Below, one piece after another: positions 27,401 to 42,400 of a stretch of DNA of 64,000 nucleotides (within the stretch, counting starts at the first letter, position 1; the number at the start of each line of letters is the position of its first letter). The translations under genes were made by a program, and so were the position numbers. The notes under the pieces were generated by a model. The model did not search any database and was not told where the DNA came from. It worked only from the letters and a program-made list of their open reading frames with translations. This stretch comes from Fimbriosthenelais zetlandica (lineage: Eukaryota), in contig OZ365114.1 in the NCBI GenBank assembly GCA_977030845.1, positions 17,112,001 through 17,176,000 of the forward strand, read 5' to 3'.

Positions 27401-30400
27401 CACCCCAGTCTTTCATCTTAATCAGCCTTTCAACTTGACCAGCTCTAAAGCTGACCCTGGATTGAGGTTTTTTTACAGCTCCTCGGGACAGTTCTAAGCA
27501 CGCAAAGAGCCCTTTAATTCACCAACCAGCCTCTCTCTGCCTCCACAGCAGAAGACTGACCTTCTCTTTTCTCATACTCAAAGCACCCGAGGTGTATGCA
27601 AAAAGGGTGGCCAGACAAATGAGCAAAGACCCTGGCCATTTGAAGACCATACATGTAATACACTAGCTGTCTTAAGATATAGAGACCCAGGCCATGTCCT
27701 TACATAATGTGACACGCTAGAGACGGGTTCTCAACCAGGCTCAATCTGAGGTCATGTTTTTTGTCCTTTGTTTGGTCTGGTGGTGTGTCTGGATCTCAGA
27801 CATTACTCAGTGATCACACATCTCATGATTCATCATATAGATTGTAATAAATCCCCGGGAGGAGAAAAGGGGCTGCACGGAAAGTGATACATTCATCTGG
27901 TGGATTGCAGTTTAAAATAGTGCGGCTCCTGGAATTGGATGCATAAGCCATATGGAAAACAATAAATCAGTTACTCTGTGGTTGATTGCACCCCCCCCAA
28001 CCCCCCCCCCCCCAAAAAAAAAAAAAAAAAAAAAATCGGACTGGACACCGTTGTCTGGGTGGACAGTATGCTTATCCATGCAGTGTCTAGGTATCTGCAC
28101 TTGATTCACAGTGGATACTAGAATCCAGCTGACAGGGCATATATACCCGTCCCCCTTTCTCCTATATCTACTCCCCCGCTTATCCATGCACTATCATTCA
28201 GTGCCCTCACCCTCCACCTCCCCCCACCAGACATAACGTCAATGTTAGCGTCCGACCAGACTCCATCCCACTTAGTCCTACCATAGTTGATTGAGTCTAG
28301 TCAAAGTCTGATGATTTTTTCTTTTTACTATTTTCTTCCTTCTGCTATGACAAATATGGTGGGTCAGACGGGGCCTTGTGGATTGGGACAAGGAGGGAAT
28401 GAGTGCCTGAGACTATAGGAGCCTTTGTCCATGCTACTACCCCCACTCCTCCTCACCCTCCCCCAGACCCCCACCATCTTCCACCTCCCCCATCCTCATC
28501 TCCCACCTGGGCCGTCTGCATCTCAATCCATGTCAATATAATCACCCTTACTCTGTGAACCCCCTACAGTAGGCGATTGCCCCGTGACCTCTCCGTGTTC
28601 AATCATTCACTTGAAATTGTATCTCCCAGGGATACGGCCATGCTCTGGGCAGAATTTCTCAATTTTCCCATCTTATCAATCTTCTTCTATCTTATAATGC
28701 ATTATATGGACACGACAATTAAATATTCTTTTGATTTTTGGTGTATCAACTGACCAAATATAACTGGAGATGATTTTTTTATTTCTTCCATTCAACTTCA
28801 GTGGTTTTTCTCCTGTCCCGAGCACACATGCAATTTCTGTTTGCACCTTTGTTCCTATCTTTGATTGATAAAAGCGTCATAAGATGTATTGATATTCTTT
28901 TAAAACCTGATCCTATTGCCCATGGACGGATTATATATAGCTACTTATAGGTTCATTACATAGAAGGCAGTGCGACATATAAAACAAAATGGGAGGGAAT
29001 GAAATAACATGGGATAAAGAATGGAGCATATAAAAAGAATAGAGTAGGAAATGGGAGAAGTGAAACATTGGGTGACTGTGTAGCACGTGATGACAGTGAT
29101 GCATGGAGACCTCGCGTGCGTTAATGGTTGGTGGTGTAAGGTGTGGAGGTAGACAGAGCTGGCTCTCACGTCCCAGGCCCACCTCTATATACCCGCTGCC
29201 AAATGTATCTTGATACCTTGAGCAGCTCGATTCCACTGAGGAGGGCTTTGTAATATTGAGTGATGAGAGCCTGTAGGGCTGGCATGGCTGGTTGATTTCT
29301 GGCTTGAGGCGGCGTGTTAATACAGCCTCTTAGTGCTTATTTCATACCTCCAACAGAATTATAGCTAGACTTCGTTTAATGGTCTGATTCCGTAAGCATT
29401 ATCCAAGTTTCCCATTGTTCTTGTCCACCCAGTGCTGCTAACTGGGATATCGAAGGCCAGAGTGCCCAGACAATTCGTTCATTGCCTGCACATGGTGAGA
29501 GGAATGTAAAAGAACCGTGCTGCCATTCGATAATAGCAGAAAATTCGGCGCCAGAAGCATGTTTTCCTTTCGTCCTGAGGTAGCTGAAAAATAATTGCTG
29601 ACTGGACATTAACACTTACAGATAATATTCATCCACCCTTGCTTCGTTCAACAATCCTATATTACTTGTGACACTTGTGACGAATAACATGTGACACATA
29701 AACAACTTCACAGAAGTTTTTTTTTATCCAACTTAGAGTTCTCGCGCGTCATTAAAAATACTTAAATTTTATAATCTCAGAACCGCAGGAGCCCTGCCAA
29801 CTCCAACACTCCCTACATATAAGAGTCTAGAGTTTTTTTCCGTTTCTTCCTCTTCCTGTCCTCCCATCATTCACTGACTGCCCTTCACGCCTCCCTCTGT
29901 GTGAGAGGTCGTGAAGGACCTATACAGGCTATAGCCCTGCCTGGGGAAAAGGTCCTTTCAGCTCAGCCCTCTACTCCGCCTATAGCCGTCACACTGACTG
30001 ACCGGTGGTGAGGGATTTAGACTGCTGGTCTAGCCAGTCACCAGACTCTGTACTGGTCTCACCCTCATAAACCACCTCACCTATTGCCCCGTCCTCTCTG
30101 CTCGCATTGCCTCCCTCCTCTCTGACCCCTTATGCTTAGAATCCAACATCAATTCTACACCAAAAACCCGGGACAGAAGCCCTTGATGCATTGCCTTGAA
30201 TACAGCATGTTGGCAAAGAGGATGCCCTTGTTCCAACCATGTAGCAGTCCTGAGGGATGGATATTCATATTACTGAATTGATTTTGTTCCCAAATTGTTA
30301 ACATGTTCAAATGTCATATCTTGCGGTACTTACCAGCAAAATCCGTTAGAACAATTTTCAGTATTTTGTGGGAAAATAGTTGTGTTAGCAAAGAGTGGTG

Positions 30401-33400
30401 TGAAGGAGAACATTATTATCATTGGTGATTTTGATCTTTTTGAGTATGTTTATGAACTATTCTGGGTTGATCCCCTCTGGGTCACTTTGTGATGGAGCTA
30501 ATCTTGAAATGTTTAGCTGTACTTTACATCCAGTAGGATTAATGTATCGCTATCCATCATATAGAGAGAGCCAAGTGTTGCCAGCAGCCAGGCCACGTGC
30601 CAGCATGGGGTATTTTCCCTGTCTGTGTAACACACACACCACCAAGGTTTACCTTCAAGTTTATCACAACGTTAGATGCTACTGACTTACATTGGCGGGC
30701 AAGGTCGGGGCAGGTGCAAGAAAAGTGAAGGGAGGTGCAGATAGGTGTAATCGCGTTACCATAGCAACGCTGTCGCTAGCTGGCCCTGTGTTATCTCTCT
30801 GCTCCTGTGAGGGGGTCATGTGATGTGGTCACGTGTCTGCACACCCCCTTCTCACCTGGATATGAGAAGTAGGTCATCGTTAGTTTACATTCATATCATG
30901 TTTATGTAAGGATAAGTTATATAGGTTTCTAATGAGGCATTCACCTATTTATATGATCTAAAAAAAAGTAATGCACCCTCCCAGTTAGGTCTCCCCCACT
31001 CCGAATCAACCCACTTTATATAAAACAAATTTGCATATTTTCCTAGAGATTCTTCTGTCATAGATCTTTGAAATTCTCACGTAGCTTCTTGGCTCTTGTG
31101 CAGCATGAAGTTTTACCTTTAAATATCCTATATTTACCATGATTTTCTATATAGGGAAAATCAATCAAATCCCTGATCCTCTAGGCTGTTCCACTGCAAC
31201 CCAGATTTAGTGAACCCTTTAGGTCAGCCTCCCTCATATTGGGTTCCCTTAGTAATCAATAAGTGTAGAGTATGCTATCATATTCACCATGCCTCTCTGT
31301 AATGTAACCCTGGCCCACCTTTCCCTATAATGGTCTTCCTACCTTTATCCTGTCCCATTTCCTACTGCTATTTCCAGCCCTTGTTTTGCCATTAATTAAA
31401 ACCTTAAAAAACAACTTAAAAACCTAAATTAGGATTCTACAATTAAAGGCAAAAGCTGTGCTATCTAGGTTTAGGAGGGGGGCATGCGTAACTTTCATTG
31501 GGAGAAATTTATTGCATTTAAACATGAATACCCCCTGATACTATAATTGGCCTGTCTCGTCTGGTATCAAATTAAAAAAATAATTGGAGGGTTCTTGCCA
31601 TTTCAATTAAGGGAATACATATTAATTTAATATACCCCTAGGGATTGCTGATGTAGTGGCGATTCAAATTTCGCTCAGTCCAAGAAAAAAACACTTCCCC
31701 CTCTACTGCTGATAGGCATCAGTATGTAGGGTGTGTGTTGACGGTTTTACTTGGTTCAACTTGGAAATAACCGTATCTGTTTCCTTTGTACATCCCTCAT
31801 GCAAGTTTAATTCAGGCAAAGTTGACTTTGCCAAAAGCACTCAAACAAATGTGCACATACCGGTTCATGTTCGGTTTTAAAAAGAGCACCATCGTGCTTT
31901 TCTTTGAATAGAGGTAATTGAGGGTGCAATCTGGCATCTTAATGTAAACCGCACTCTCATTTTCTTCCTATTTTTGTCATTAATAATAAAAAAAAGAAGG
32001 AATGTACGTAGACGTGCTTATTATACATTTATGACCATAAATGTTACCAAAGAATATGAAGGCAATCTTTGCATGATTGCCTTCAGTTAAACCAAGATAT
32101 TTGTTGATCAGTTTAATACAAAATATCATAAAATCTTCGTACAGTATGCATCAGTATAATAGGAGTGGATATGGTTTGAAAGTATAATCTATAGGGCTGA
32201 TGAACAGACTGCCTTTGGAACTAGTAATATATATCAGTATAGTCCAGTAGGTGTTCTTTGAAACTCTATGGCTTAATGGTATAATTGATAAGTGGTCTAT
32301 ACTTTGAAACTATAATGTTTGGTTTTGTAGATAAGTGGGTCTGTGTGTTGAGATTATGGTGAGGCGGTATAGAGGCAGTGTAATCAGACTGTATGTGAAT
32401 TCCTCCTCCAATAAAATATCCAGCACAAGATGATCATCTGCTGGCTGTGAGAGGAGGACTGTGTGGAGAGAGCTATCACCATGAGTGTGTCTGTACTATA
32501 GCGGGGCGGGGAGAGCTGCTCTCTCCCACCAACAACTCACCTCCTCCTCACTGTATACACTCTCCTGGCTGCTGTTATAGTTAACCCCACCCCCCTCACC
32601 CACCCATACAAACATACCCCTAGCCTAGAATGGGAGGAATTTTCGAGGAATGCCAGTGACCGCCCTGAGAGAAGGCGAGGGGGAGATGCTGCTGGCTTGC
32701 AGGCTGGCTAACTGGCATCGGGCGGAGAAATGATGCCACGTGGATCCGAGGGTTAAAACCACACAAGTGGAAAAGGACTTGCATGTGTATGACATGTGAT
32801 CGCCCCAACAAACATAGTTCACATTGGCCGACTTGAAATGAAAACCTTCTGAGATGACTTATGCTAAACTAGCCTTGTCAATAACTTGTGAAGGGAAACA
32901 ATTTGTTACGCTTGTGAACACTGAAGCAGATGAAATATCCCCAGTGGTACCTGTGTTTTGGATAATTTATTTACTATGCAGAGTCATTATTTGGGCCTAA
33001 GCCATGATATATTACCCCAATGTAGATCCAAGCATTTGCATGCCAATAAAGACATTGAAGCACCATCAATAGACTTCCTTCATTGATGGATTGCCTTCAC
33101 ATTAGATGCTGGTTGAAAGCTCCATGCATAACTGTACTAAGTATGTGGCCGGGGAAAGGTAGACTTTCCTGTATACACACAGCAGCATTAAGGTTAATTC
33201 TCCCCTTTGCTCTTACTCTCTGCTTGTGGCATAGATTTGCTCACTCAAAAACCTCACATAAAAACATATACCTATAGCCATAGTGCTTTACCGAGAAAAT
33301 AACCCAGAAAAATATCAATTTAAACAGAAACATAAGACATGGGGTGAACTTTGAATATAGACAGCCAATACCACCCGGCTTTTTTTGCCGCCAAATCTGT

Positions 33401-36400
33401 TATTGGCATTGTTATTGGAAAAAAGTTGTTCATTTATTTGCTGATAGAACCTATTGCAAAGAAGTAAGATCAAAACAGGAATGAAACCTTCTATCATAAG
33501 CATGATAAGTGAGTTTTGAAACCAAGATTTTCATGGATGATTTTGTCTCTATTGCACTACAAAATATCCAGCTTACTATTGGAACTACATGTATGTCTAC
33601 TCGAATTAGGTCTGTCTATTCATTCATTTTTTATATAAGTTTATTATGATTCTGGGATTGTCACCAGTGCAGCTTGTCAAACCTTTTTTTATATTTCTCT
33701 TAACTCCACAGTTATTAAGATGAATCATACATACACCTTCACTGATTCATCCTCAGTTTACATTTCTAATTTTCCTTGAAGGATGAGAAGTAACAACCAA
33801 TGATTTATAATTATTTGCTGACCCTAAAAATGATAAAGCACAAAAGTGACTCATTTCTCTCAGCATGTCTGTGTCTTATAATCTATATAAAACAACCACT
33901 TAACATTGAACCCAGGTGGTTGCTAACAGTGCTGGTAGTTACCATAGAAACCATGGTAACCATAGTGAGAAGTGGGCTGTAGGTCTGGCGGTGAGGAGCT
34001 GTTGATGGCCGTATGTACCTTGCAGCATAGTAACAGGCGTTCAGGCTACATGTAGTCGTAGTGAAATAGCCAGTAAAATAACATCACAACATCTCATAAA
34101 AAACTGTTACAGTCTTCTACTAAATACACCTTGGGTCAACCTTCCCCTATAGGCTATTTTTCCAAACACAGAATGTACTATAATTTACTCATATATTATG
34201 GATCCAAGCTCGAGTTTAATAGAATAGAGTGCTGAAAGTGTCGTTTATGAGGAATAGGGTCCAGTGTTCCTGACCTATATATAATATAGGTATGGCAATG
34301 GATCCTTATATTACAGTCCATGGCAGCACATTAACTACCTTCTTTTTGTGTATGAATACATTCATGACAGACCTCCACTGTTTGAGCCACCATCATGGCC
34401 ATCCCATCAGTGAATTATAAAATCTTTTGTTCTGCCTTTCAGCTCATACTGTAGGCATAACATTTGCCATGGCATTGCTCTACGACCATTCCGCTGTGTC
34501 AAGATATTGTTTCATCTCTATTGTTTCAAGCCCTTCTGCCTCCAAGGTCGTCCGCGACATGGGCTTTCAAATGTTTCTCTGGTGAGACATAAATGGATAG
34601 GCACAAGGGAGAGCAATTTAAAAGAACAATAGAAATCCTTGGGGCATTATTTTTTTTAGAGGGAAATCGATTTTTAGTGGAGAATAGAAAGTAGAAAAGA
34701 TAATTTTTTTATCGGGACTGCCCAGGAGGACCTGTTCATGAGGGTCTTAACATGGGTGTTGTAGGGACATTGGACTATCTCTTGCACTAGTTCAACTCTA
34801 GCTGTTTCATGCATGGGTATGAAAAGCTCACTGCTATGTGCTTCGGTTTTCTCATTTCATTGTTAAGGCGTGTGAAGGTAATGATGGTATAGTTGAAGGT
34901 TAGCGTGACAGACTGATACCACCCAGGTCCCTATGTGATGACTGATAGTCGATACACCTACCATACCTCCCACCAATCAATACTCAACAACCCATGTTTG
35001 ATGGGAAGAAAATAAAGGGTTCACTTACTTACTTACAATGTATAGTGCTGGCAATAGGTATCACCTCTGCCAATCTCTCTTCAATGATGTGCTATATTTG
35101 CATCATCAAAGTCCATTAATACTATGCTTAGGAGCTTCGTCTCTGAACATAAGGTGGCTCAGAGTATTGTAGTTTGTGGATTACTTTCTGTATCAATTGT
35201 ATATAAATATATTTCTTAGCCTCTCAGGAGTGGATCATATTGATCGTGACTGAAGCTCTAACCGGTATAGAAGCCAGACCTACGCGTCACCTTCACTCTT
35301 ACCTCCCCACCTTTGATCTACCTCCCTTAGAGATTGATATTCTACGGCGATTAGCCCCGGTAATTGATTGACTGATCTCCCAGTCCGTTCAATTGAAGTC
35401 CCCGTTCCCCTGTGCTCCCCTTCTTTGGGAATATCTTTCTTTTAGTTTCCACAGGCAGTCATCTGATACCCAATCTGACTTTAACTTGAAGATCTTAATA
35501 GTGTTTTTATCTCTAGAAAATGGCTAAATTGAATATTTACTCCAGAACAATTGAGCACTATATATTTGTTTGTCGGAGCTTTCTGTAACGGTTGCCTCAA
35601 TAGAAAGATATTTCATCTTCTCTTGTAAAAAAAAAAAAAAAAAACTAGGGAAAAAAGGTGTAATACCCATTCGCCATTAGTAAACATGTTCAGACAGGGA
35701 AAAATGTCTTTGACATTTTAGAAGATGATGCAGTCACCTTGTTGAATGGGGCCTGCCTTCACATGTGGCCGTTAGGTTAATTTGTCTCAATAAGAAGCAG
35801 GGATCAGCCATTCTGACCGTGTCTATGTCTACACTCAGGCTTATCTTTCCTGTTAGCCAGGCAGGAGGCTGGCCCCCTGGGGAGGAGAATAGAATAAATC
35901 ACTACTGCCCTCAATCCATACTCAGCTTCACGGCTCGAGAATAAAAGTAGAGGTTAAAGCTTTCATCGCTTTACCCCAACACTCATGTTATGAACACAAG
36001 CTTCATGTGTTCATCCTCTCAGATAAAAAAGCAAAGGGGATGAGAGGTTATAGGTCATCAAATCAGCTCTACCTTCTCCCTGTATCCACATATTGCTATT
36101 GTATACGTAGGCTACCTTATCTTCAAATCCCCTCGTCAAGCAAGAATTATGTCAAGCAAGAATTATGTAGATTTTTGCTCAAGAATCCTATCTAGATTGC
36201 CTTTGTCCTTGTCCAAGTATCGATATATGCTATCAAACTGCCTGGCAGACATTGCAAAACAAATTATATGGATTTACATCCATATCTACATTATTTATAT
36301 AATATAACCTACTTTCCATATAACACTAACACTGTCCCTTGGTCTTAGACATCCCATGAATTGAAAACCTGCACTACAGTTCCCATTTCTTACCCTACTC

Positions 36401-39400
36401 ACATCTACTTTCTGACACTTATCTGACCTCAAAATGTCAGCAATTCCCCAAAGTTTCAAGCGGTACTTCAACAGGCAGTGTCTTCCTCTATGCATTGAGA
36501 GCCTCTAGGGCTACCCCTTCTGTACACACTATTAGATGCTCCACCTTAAGTATCAGTGATTTTTTCCTGGCCTGATTCCGGATCTTGAGCCTGTATAGAT
36601 CCTCAGGTTGTCACACCTGATGACGTCACCTATTGTTGTGCTCAGTCAGTGAGGGGACTACACATGTATGATGATGTATTACACTGACGGTTAAAAGACT
36701 AAGCCCTGCTGCCAGCCCCACTTGACAGCAGGAGTCTGTCACACTGTCTGAGGGGCTAACATGAGCACAGCTCCCACCCAACCACTGCTCCCAACAGATA
36801 AGCTCCACTGTGGTTAGAATGTGGACAGGGGGACACACTAAGATGTGATCCAGTACTCAGTGATTAAGAACTAGATTTAGAGATGTCTTGTCTTCATTCC
36901 AACTGCAGTGTCTTTCGATGTAACTGTAATTTTGAAATAGAAAAGTAACCGTTGTAAATTGTGCTCTAATAGTTGATCTGCTCATGCGTTGAACTTGCAC
37001 CCTAGAGTGGCGCAACTTACCTGACTAGCAAAGGAAATTGGTGCTCGCTAAAATTGTGCATCAGTGACCTCTGAAGTGTGCTAATATTAAATATAAACTG
37101 CTTTAATTAGACAGGTAACTTTTGTAAACTTTTCTTATTAGAAAAATAACTTTTGTAAACTTTGTTCTAGTTATCCATTGTTGTAACTTTTGATTCCTTC
37201 TTTTGCAGGTGAGTTTGCTTCGATGGTAGATGCCACTTGGTTCAAGTGTCCAAGATGGATACCAAAATAAGTACATCAAAAGGTGAAGGTAGGGGAAATG
37301 TCCAAACCTGTAATAGTGCATAGAGGACATGCCAATTCAATTGCACTATCTGAATTAGCCTGTCTTAAAATTTAACCCAAGAAATAACCCTCTCTCACCC
37401 TAAACTCCAGCTTGTTTTGTGGGCCATTTTCGGTTGAAACTTGACATTTCACTGAAAATATCCAGATGTCCTCATGGTGAGATCTATTTCTTGCCATTTG
37501 ATGTTTTTTTCAAGCAGAGAGTGACATCCTCCTCCGCCTTGCTGTAGCCAATCATGAGGCCTGTAGGACAGTGAGTGATGGAGGAGGAGCAGGAAGCTGA
37601 GCTTCAGCCTGTCCACTCCACCCTGGGCCTAATTCATCTGGCCCTCCCCCCTCCCTGCCACCTAATGATTGGATGGAGGGCTTATTGAGTCTGAGTTTGG
37701 CAGTTGGTGGAGCAGTGGATCGATGTAGAATTAGCTTGATGTGTACGACTCCACCAATCATTTATAAGACACCCGATCGTTGCCGCTGCCACAGTCTTTG
37801 AGACTAATAACAGAGACGAACAGCAATTCCGGCCGGGATTTAGGCCCAAAGAAAGACAACATTGTCTGTGGGCACAGCAATTCGAAAAGGGACTATAGAT
37901 GTACTTCCCTCTCTCATTGAATTTTAACTTTACAAATTGAATGAAAAGGTCATGCTTTTGTGCTGTAGTCCTTTCACCAACTTTTGCAAGTTGAAGTTCT
38001 CAACTTAAAACTGCTCATGTACTTTCAATGGATTTACAGTGTAATTAATACATTGTAAATTTAATGTATTGTCCTATCCGTTGACAAACTAGTTAATGAC
38101 ATTTTATGTCCACAGAACATTCTAAGTCTTTCTCTACCCCAGAAAAAACTCCTTGCTGCGACCATGAGTGCGGTGATATATGGGCAATGAAGCGTTTTAC
38201 CACTAACAATCTCTGCCCAGGCCCACGCTCGCATTGATTTGCCATTTTCCCCAATCAAATCAAAAGAATGTGGTGGCGAGGCCGCTGACAATTTTCCCTG
38301 TAATATTAGGTAAAGCGGGCCGAATGTCCTCCTTGATTTGCTCATCGAGCAACTCTTGGGTAGATATTTTTCTTCTTTGTGAAGCTTTAAATGTATTCTC
38401 CCTGCGCCATTAGATCTTTCGCTCCTTCCTTGTCTGTTTGCCCCTAAGTGTACTACTCACAGTGATTTTTCACTGGCCTTATTTAGGATCTTAAGCTTGA
38501 ATGGAGTGCCATATGATAGTGTCACACATTGTTGTACTCATTCAGTGACGGGCAAACACATATATGATGTGTGCGATTCTTATACCATTTTATCAGAGAG
38601 CGCGATGACTGAGGCCAGACAAATGAGACAGGGACGAGAATGGATTATTATTATTATAGCCGGGCTATGTGCTGACGGTGACCACTTGGCCAGCTTTCCC
38701 ATTTCAGTCTTGCCACCACTTATCATCGATCCATTGCATGTCTCCTCTGCTGTGTGTATGGGATAACCTCTGGTCCCCTCCTCCCATTTACTTGTACATA
38801 TCCTTCCTTCTGGTGGATCCAGTAAGAGGTGGGGGGTTAGAGGTCAACCATACAGTCGTTTAAGTCATCCACACACCGCCTTGATTTTTCCTTCTCGTGA
38901 TGTATCTACTCATCTACTAACGCATCCTATGAGCCTCCTTCCTGGAAGACAAAGCTAAAATTAGCCTTAACACAAGATTGCGCCGTTTAAGAATTTTAAT
39001 TAAAAGGCGTGTCTCTCTATTTAGAACTGAGTAATCGGCGCTATAAATCAGCCTGAATTAAAGGCGGTACATGTGCGGTGATGCAGAAAGACAAATGAAA
39101 GGGAATAAGAGGGTGGAATGGTAATGTCCTAACGAGGATGGCGGGTTACTTTACAGTCGGCAATGTGATACTATTCTAGCTTCATCTACTTATACTACCA
39201 TTGTACTAATTGCTGAGGATAATGCTTAGGGTATCCCAGATTTACATAGGAATGCTGTCTCAGAAATAGTTGAGATATTAATTGAATTTCAGTTTTGACT
39301 TCTTGACCCTTGTGTCCACTAGTGAGTTAATTTCTAAAGCTAAATGGTATTATTTTTGCACTCATTTTTGCCGAAAATTCTTCGGGCATCCCAGATCTAA

Positions 39401-42400
39401 CATGGCGACAATACATAGAAGAAATGCTCAGAAATATAACATCAATTTTAGCTTTGATTCCTTCAATCTTTAACACTGTTTTCCAGTGAGTTGTTTGTGA
39501 TTGACGGCTACAAGTAGGCAGGATGAGAATCCGCATGGCTGTTTACAGCATGTATGCTGGTCTGGGAACCGTGTGAAATGATCAATGACTTACCCTGCCC
39601 CCAACTCTCCACTCCACTACCCGTCCAACCGTGGTCCACACCCTGATTAATGCTATCCCTGCTTGCCGTCCATAACTCACTTACTGGATTAGATCACGCT
39701 TTCCAGTTTTCACTTGGATATTGTCAAATCATTAATGATGCTAATAAATTTTATATTTTATATAAAATTTGTATTAGCGATCTGGTGAATACGAGTAAAT
39801 TTGTGTTATATTGACCAAGAATTATCAGGTTTTTCTCCCATGAAGTGTTAATTAGACAATGGGCAATTTCTGTTCAAATTTATATTATTTAATATTAATA
39901 ATATAAATGTGCTCTAAATTTATACTCCATTGGAAACAAACCATGGTCATCAACTCCAGTAAAGTGACTGACAAAGTGATAAACGTTCTTCTAGATTCCT
40001 AGAATTGGCCTGGTAGAGTTGTGTATTTTCCTGCCTGGCTTTTTTCCTTACATCGCCTGATGATGTATCAAGTTATGTAACTGAGATGATGATATGAAGG
40101 AAGAGGAGGTAGGAAGGGCAGGTGGGGGGCAGCTAGGGCTGATGACCCCACTCAGGTCCCGGAAACACTCAGACTATGATGGATACCTGAACAGGTAGAC
40201 GCTGATGAAAAGCTAGCAGAGGGCTGGACAAGCAACTCACTGAAGAAAATGTCCTCGTTGGCCCACCATTATTTTATATCATATAAAATATGTTATAAAT
40301 TTTAGGGTTCCTGGATTTGTGAAACACCAAAACTGTTAATAGGTTTTAAATTATTATAGCCCTGCTTGATTCTGATATAGGCTTACTACAGATGCTCTCT
40401 TATAGAAGTTTAGAGATTAGAAAAACAGGCTTTTGGCTCTTTTATGATGAGGTAAGAGAAATAGGATAGGGAGGATTGAGAAGGTGAGTAAGGTTAAGCA
40501 CATATGTCCCTTCCATGTGTACATAACCTTTCATCTGATGATACAGCTTGGCGCTCCACTCCACCCATGTATAAAGTGAAGAAGGCCCTGCACGTCAGAG
40601 CTGCGGATACACCTAATGTAAGGGATCAATTCACACTACCCTGACTTTTCAATCTTTCCTTCAAATAAAGCCTGGGTTAGGCAGATCAAGCGTAGAATCA
40701 AGCTTGGGCGCCGGATGTTTGCTTGAACCTGAGATAAATCAAGTAAATCTGTCTATCTGCTGGGTAGGACCCCAGCCCTCAGCCCCATACCGCCTAGCTG
40801 GCCAGCGGCTCAGCCCTGCTTTATTGAACCATTAACTCTACAGATACTGCTGATTTAACGTAGAAACAATAGACTTCTAATCCTGATGTGTTTGACAATA
40901 ACCAGCTTTCTATAGTGTCTATAGATATGAATTTATAGTAGGACATGCATAGTTCTTTTGTAAAAAACTTATGAAAATTGTCGAATGTGCCAGGGAATAT
41001 GGATAAAAAGAAATGAGAGGTGTCATATATAGCATTATATTCATTGAACCTCCATCTTAGTATTGGTTTAAATACTTATTCAGGAGACAATACTGGGACG
41101 ATCTGATGTGTCTGTAAACTATCTGAGAAGGACAGCTCAGTTTGCTATCTTGTGCCACTGTTACCCAGTGCTACATTGTTGGTGGAGCCCAGTATGGCAC
41201 AGAGAGCAGGATCATAATGGTGTCATTTACATGAGATCTAAATCACATGTTGACTCCCAACAGCAATTCTACACATCCAGTCTGTAGTCGGATAGCAAGA
41301 ATTAAATACCAAGAATCAGATTTCTTTTGCTACCGTGAGATATTTCCAATATTGTTCAATTCTTCACTGACTTTAATATTGAACATAAAATTGTGAATTC
41401 ATTCGTTTCTAGTCAGGTCATGAATTGGTCCCGATTTTATGCCATGATTGTTGCTTTAATGGAATATTTGAATCTAGTTGTGAAATTTATTGAGGCCATA
41501 TTTCAAGGTGAAGATGCTGTCTTAATGGCGACTGAAGCACATCTTTCCATCATGGCAGTCTTCATTCTCCTCAATTTTTATCCTTATTCAGCATAACACT
41601 GAAACCGCCCACCTCCCTCATCTCTGATTAAACATTAACTTTCCATGAAAAATGCGATATTAATTGGAAATCTGGGGAAATTGTGAAAAAGGAGTCTCTT
41701 TGAAGTGCAACATTTGCCTTGGGAATTAAGTCTTAAAACAGAACTGTGTAAACAAGTCAACACGGACTGAGATGAAGATAAAATAAATGTAATATATTTG
41801 CCCATAAATATGATGCAACTTTACGCGTATAATGTTATGCATCCATCAACTCATCCAATCATGATATACCGCGATCGACCCTTTATTCCCACCTCAAAGC
41901 TCCTTAGAACGAGGCCCATGTAAGTTCCAGCCTCTTTCATATCACTTCACCAATTGTCCCTGTGATAGACCACTTTCCATCCAGCCTCTATCCAGTCTGA
42001 GATGGATCTATATAGAACATAAATCTGGCGACTTGTGGTCGCATTAAGGCTAGATCCTACCCGCCTTATCTGCCACCAGGAAGCACGTGTAAGGAAGGCT
42101 CTTACTCCTCCCTGAATGAGGCTAATCATGCATATTGCTTTATGGTATTGCACCAAGTGTGACAATGGACGGGACTGGAATACCTCCTAGAGTGGTGGTC
42201 AATCCATGGTGGGTGGAAGGGTGAGGGAAGGGTGGACTGTTAGGATAGGAAGGAAGCAAGGAAGGAAGGTAGGGAGGGAAAATGAGATGTAGGGTAAGGG
42301 AGGAGGGAGAAGGGTGGGAATCGAGAAGGGGGAGGGCACAGATTGATTCGTGAAATAGGGACGAGATGGAGTATCGAGGGAAGATAATATCAACGAGCAT

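Noticed and set aside
27989-28035. Poly-C/poly-A run as a retrocopy tail
   Set aside because: No upstream processed gene body or TSD; simple low-complexity sequence
40960-41600. Minus-strand frame that reads like a decayed glycoprotein
   Set aside because: About 9 stops in about 210 codons is close to random expectation
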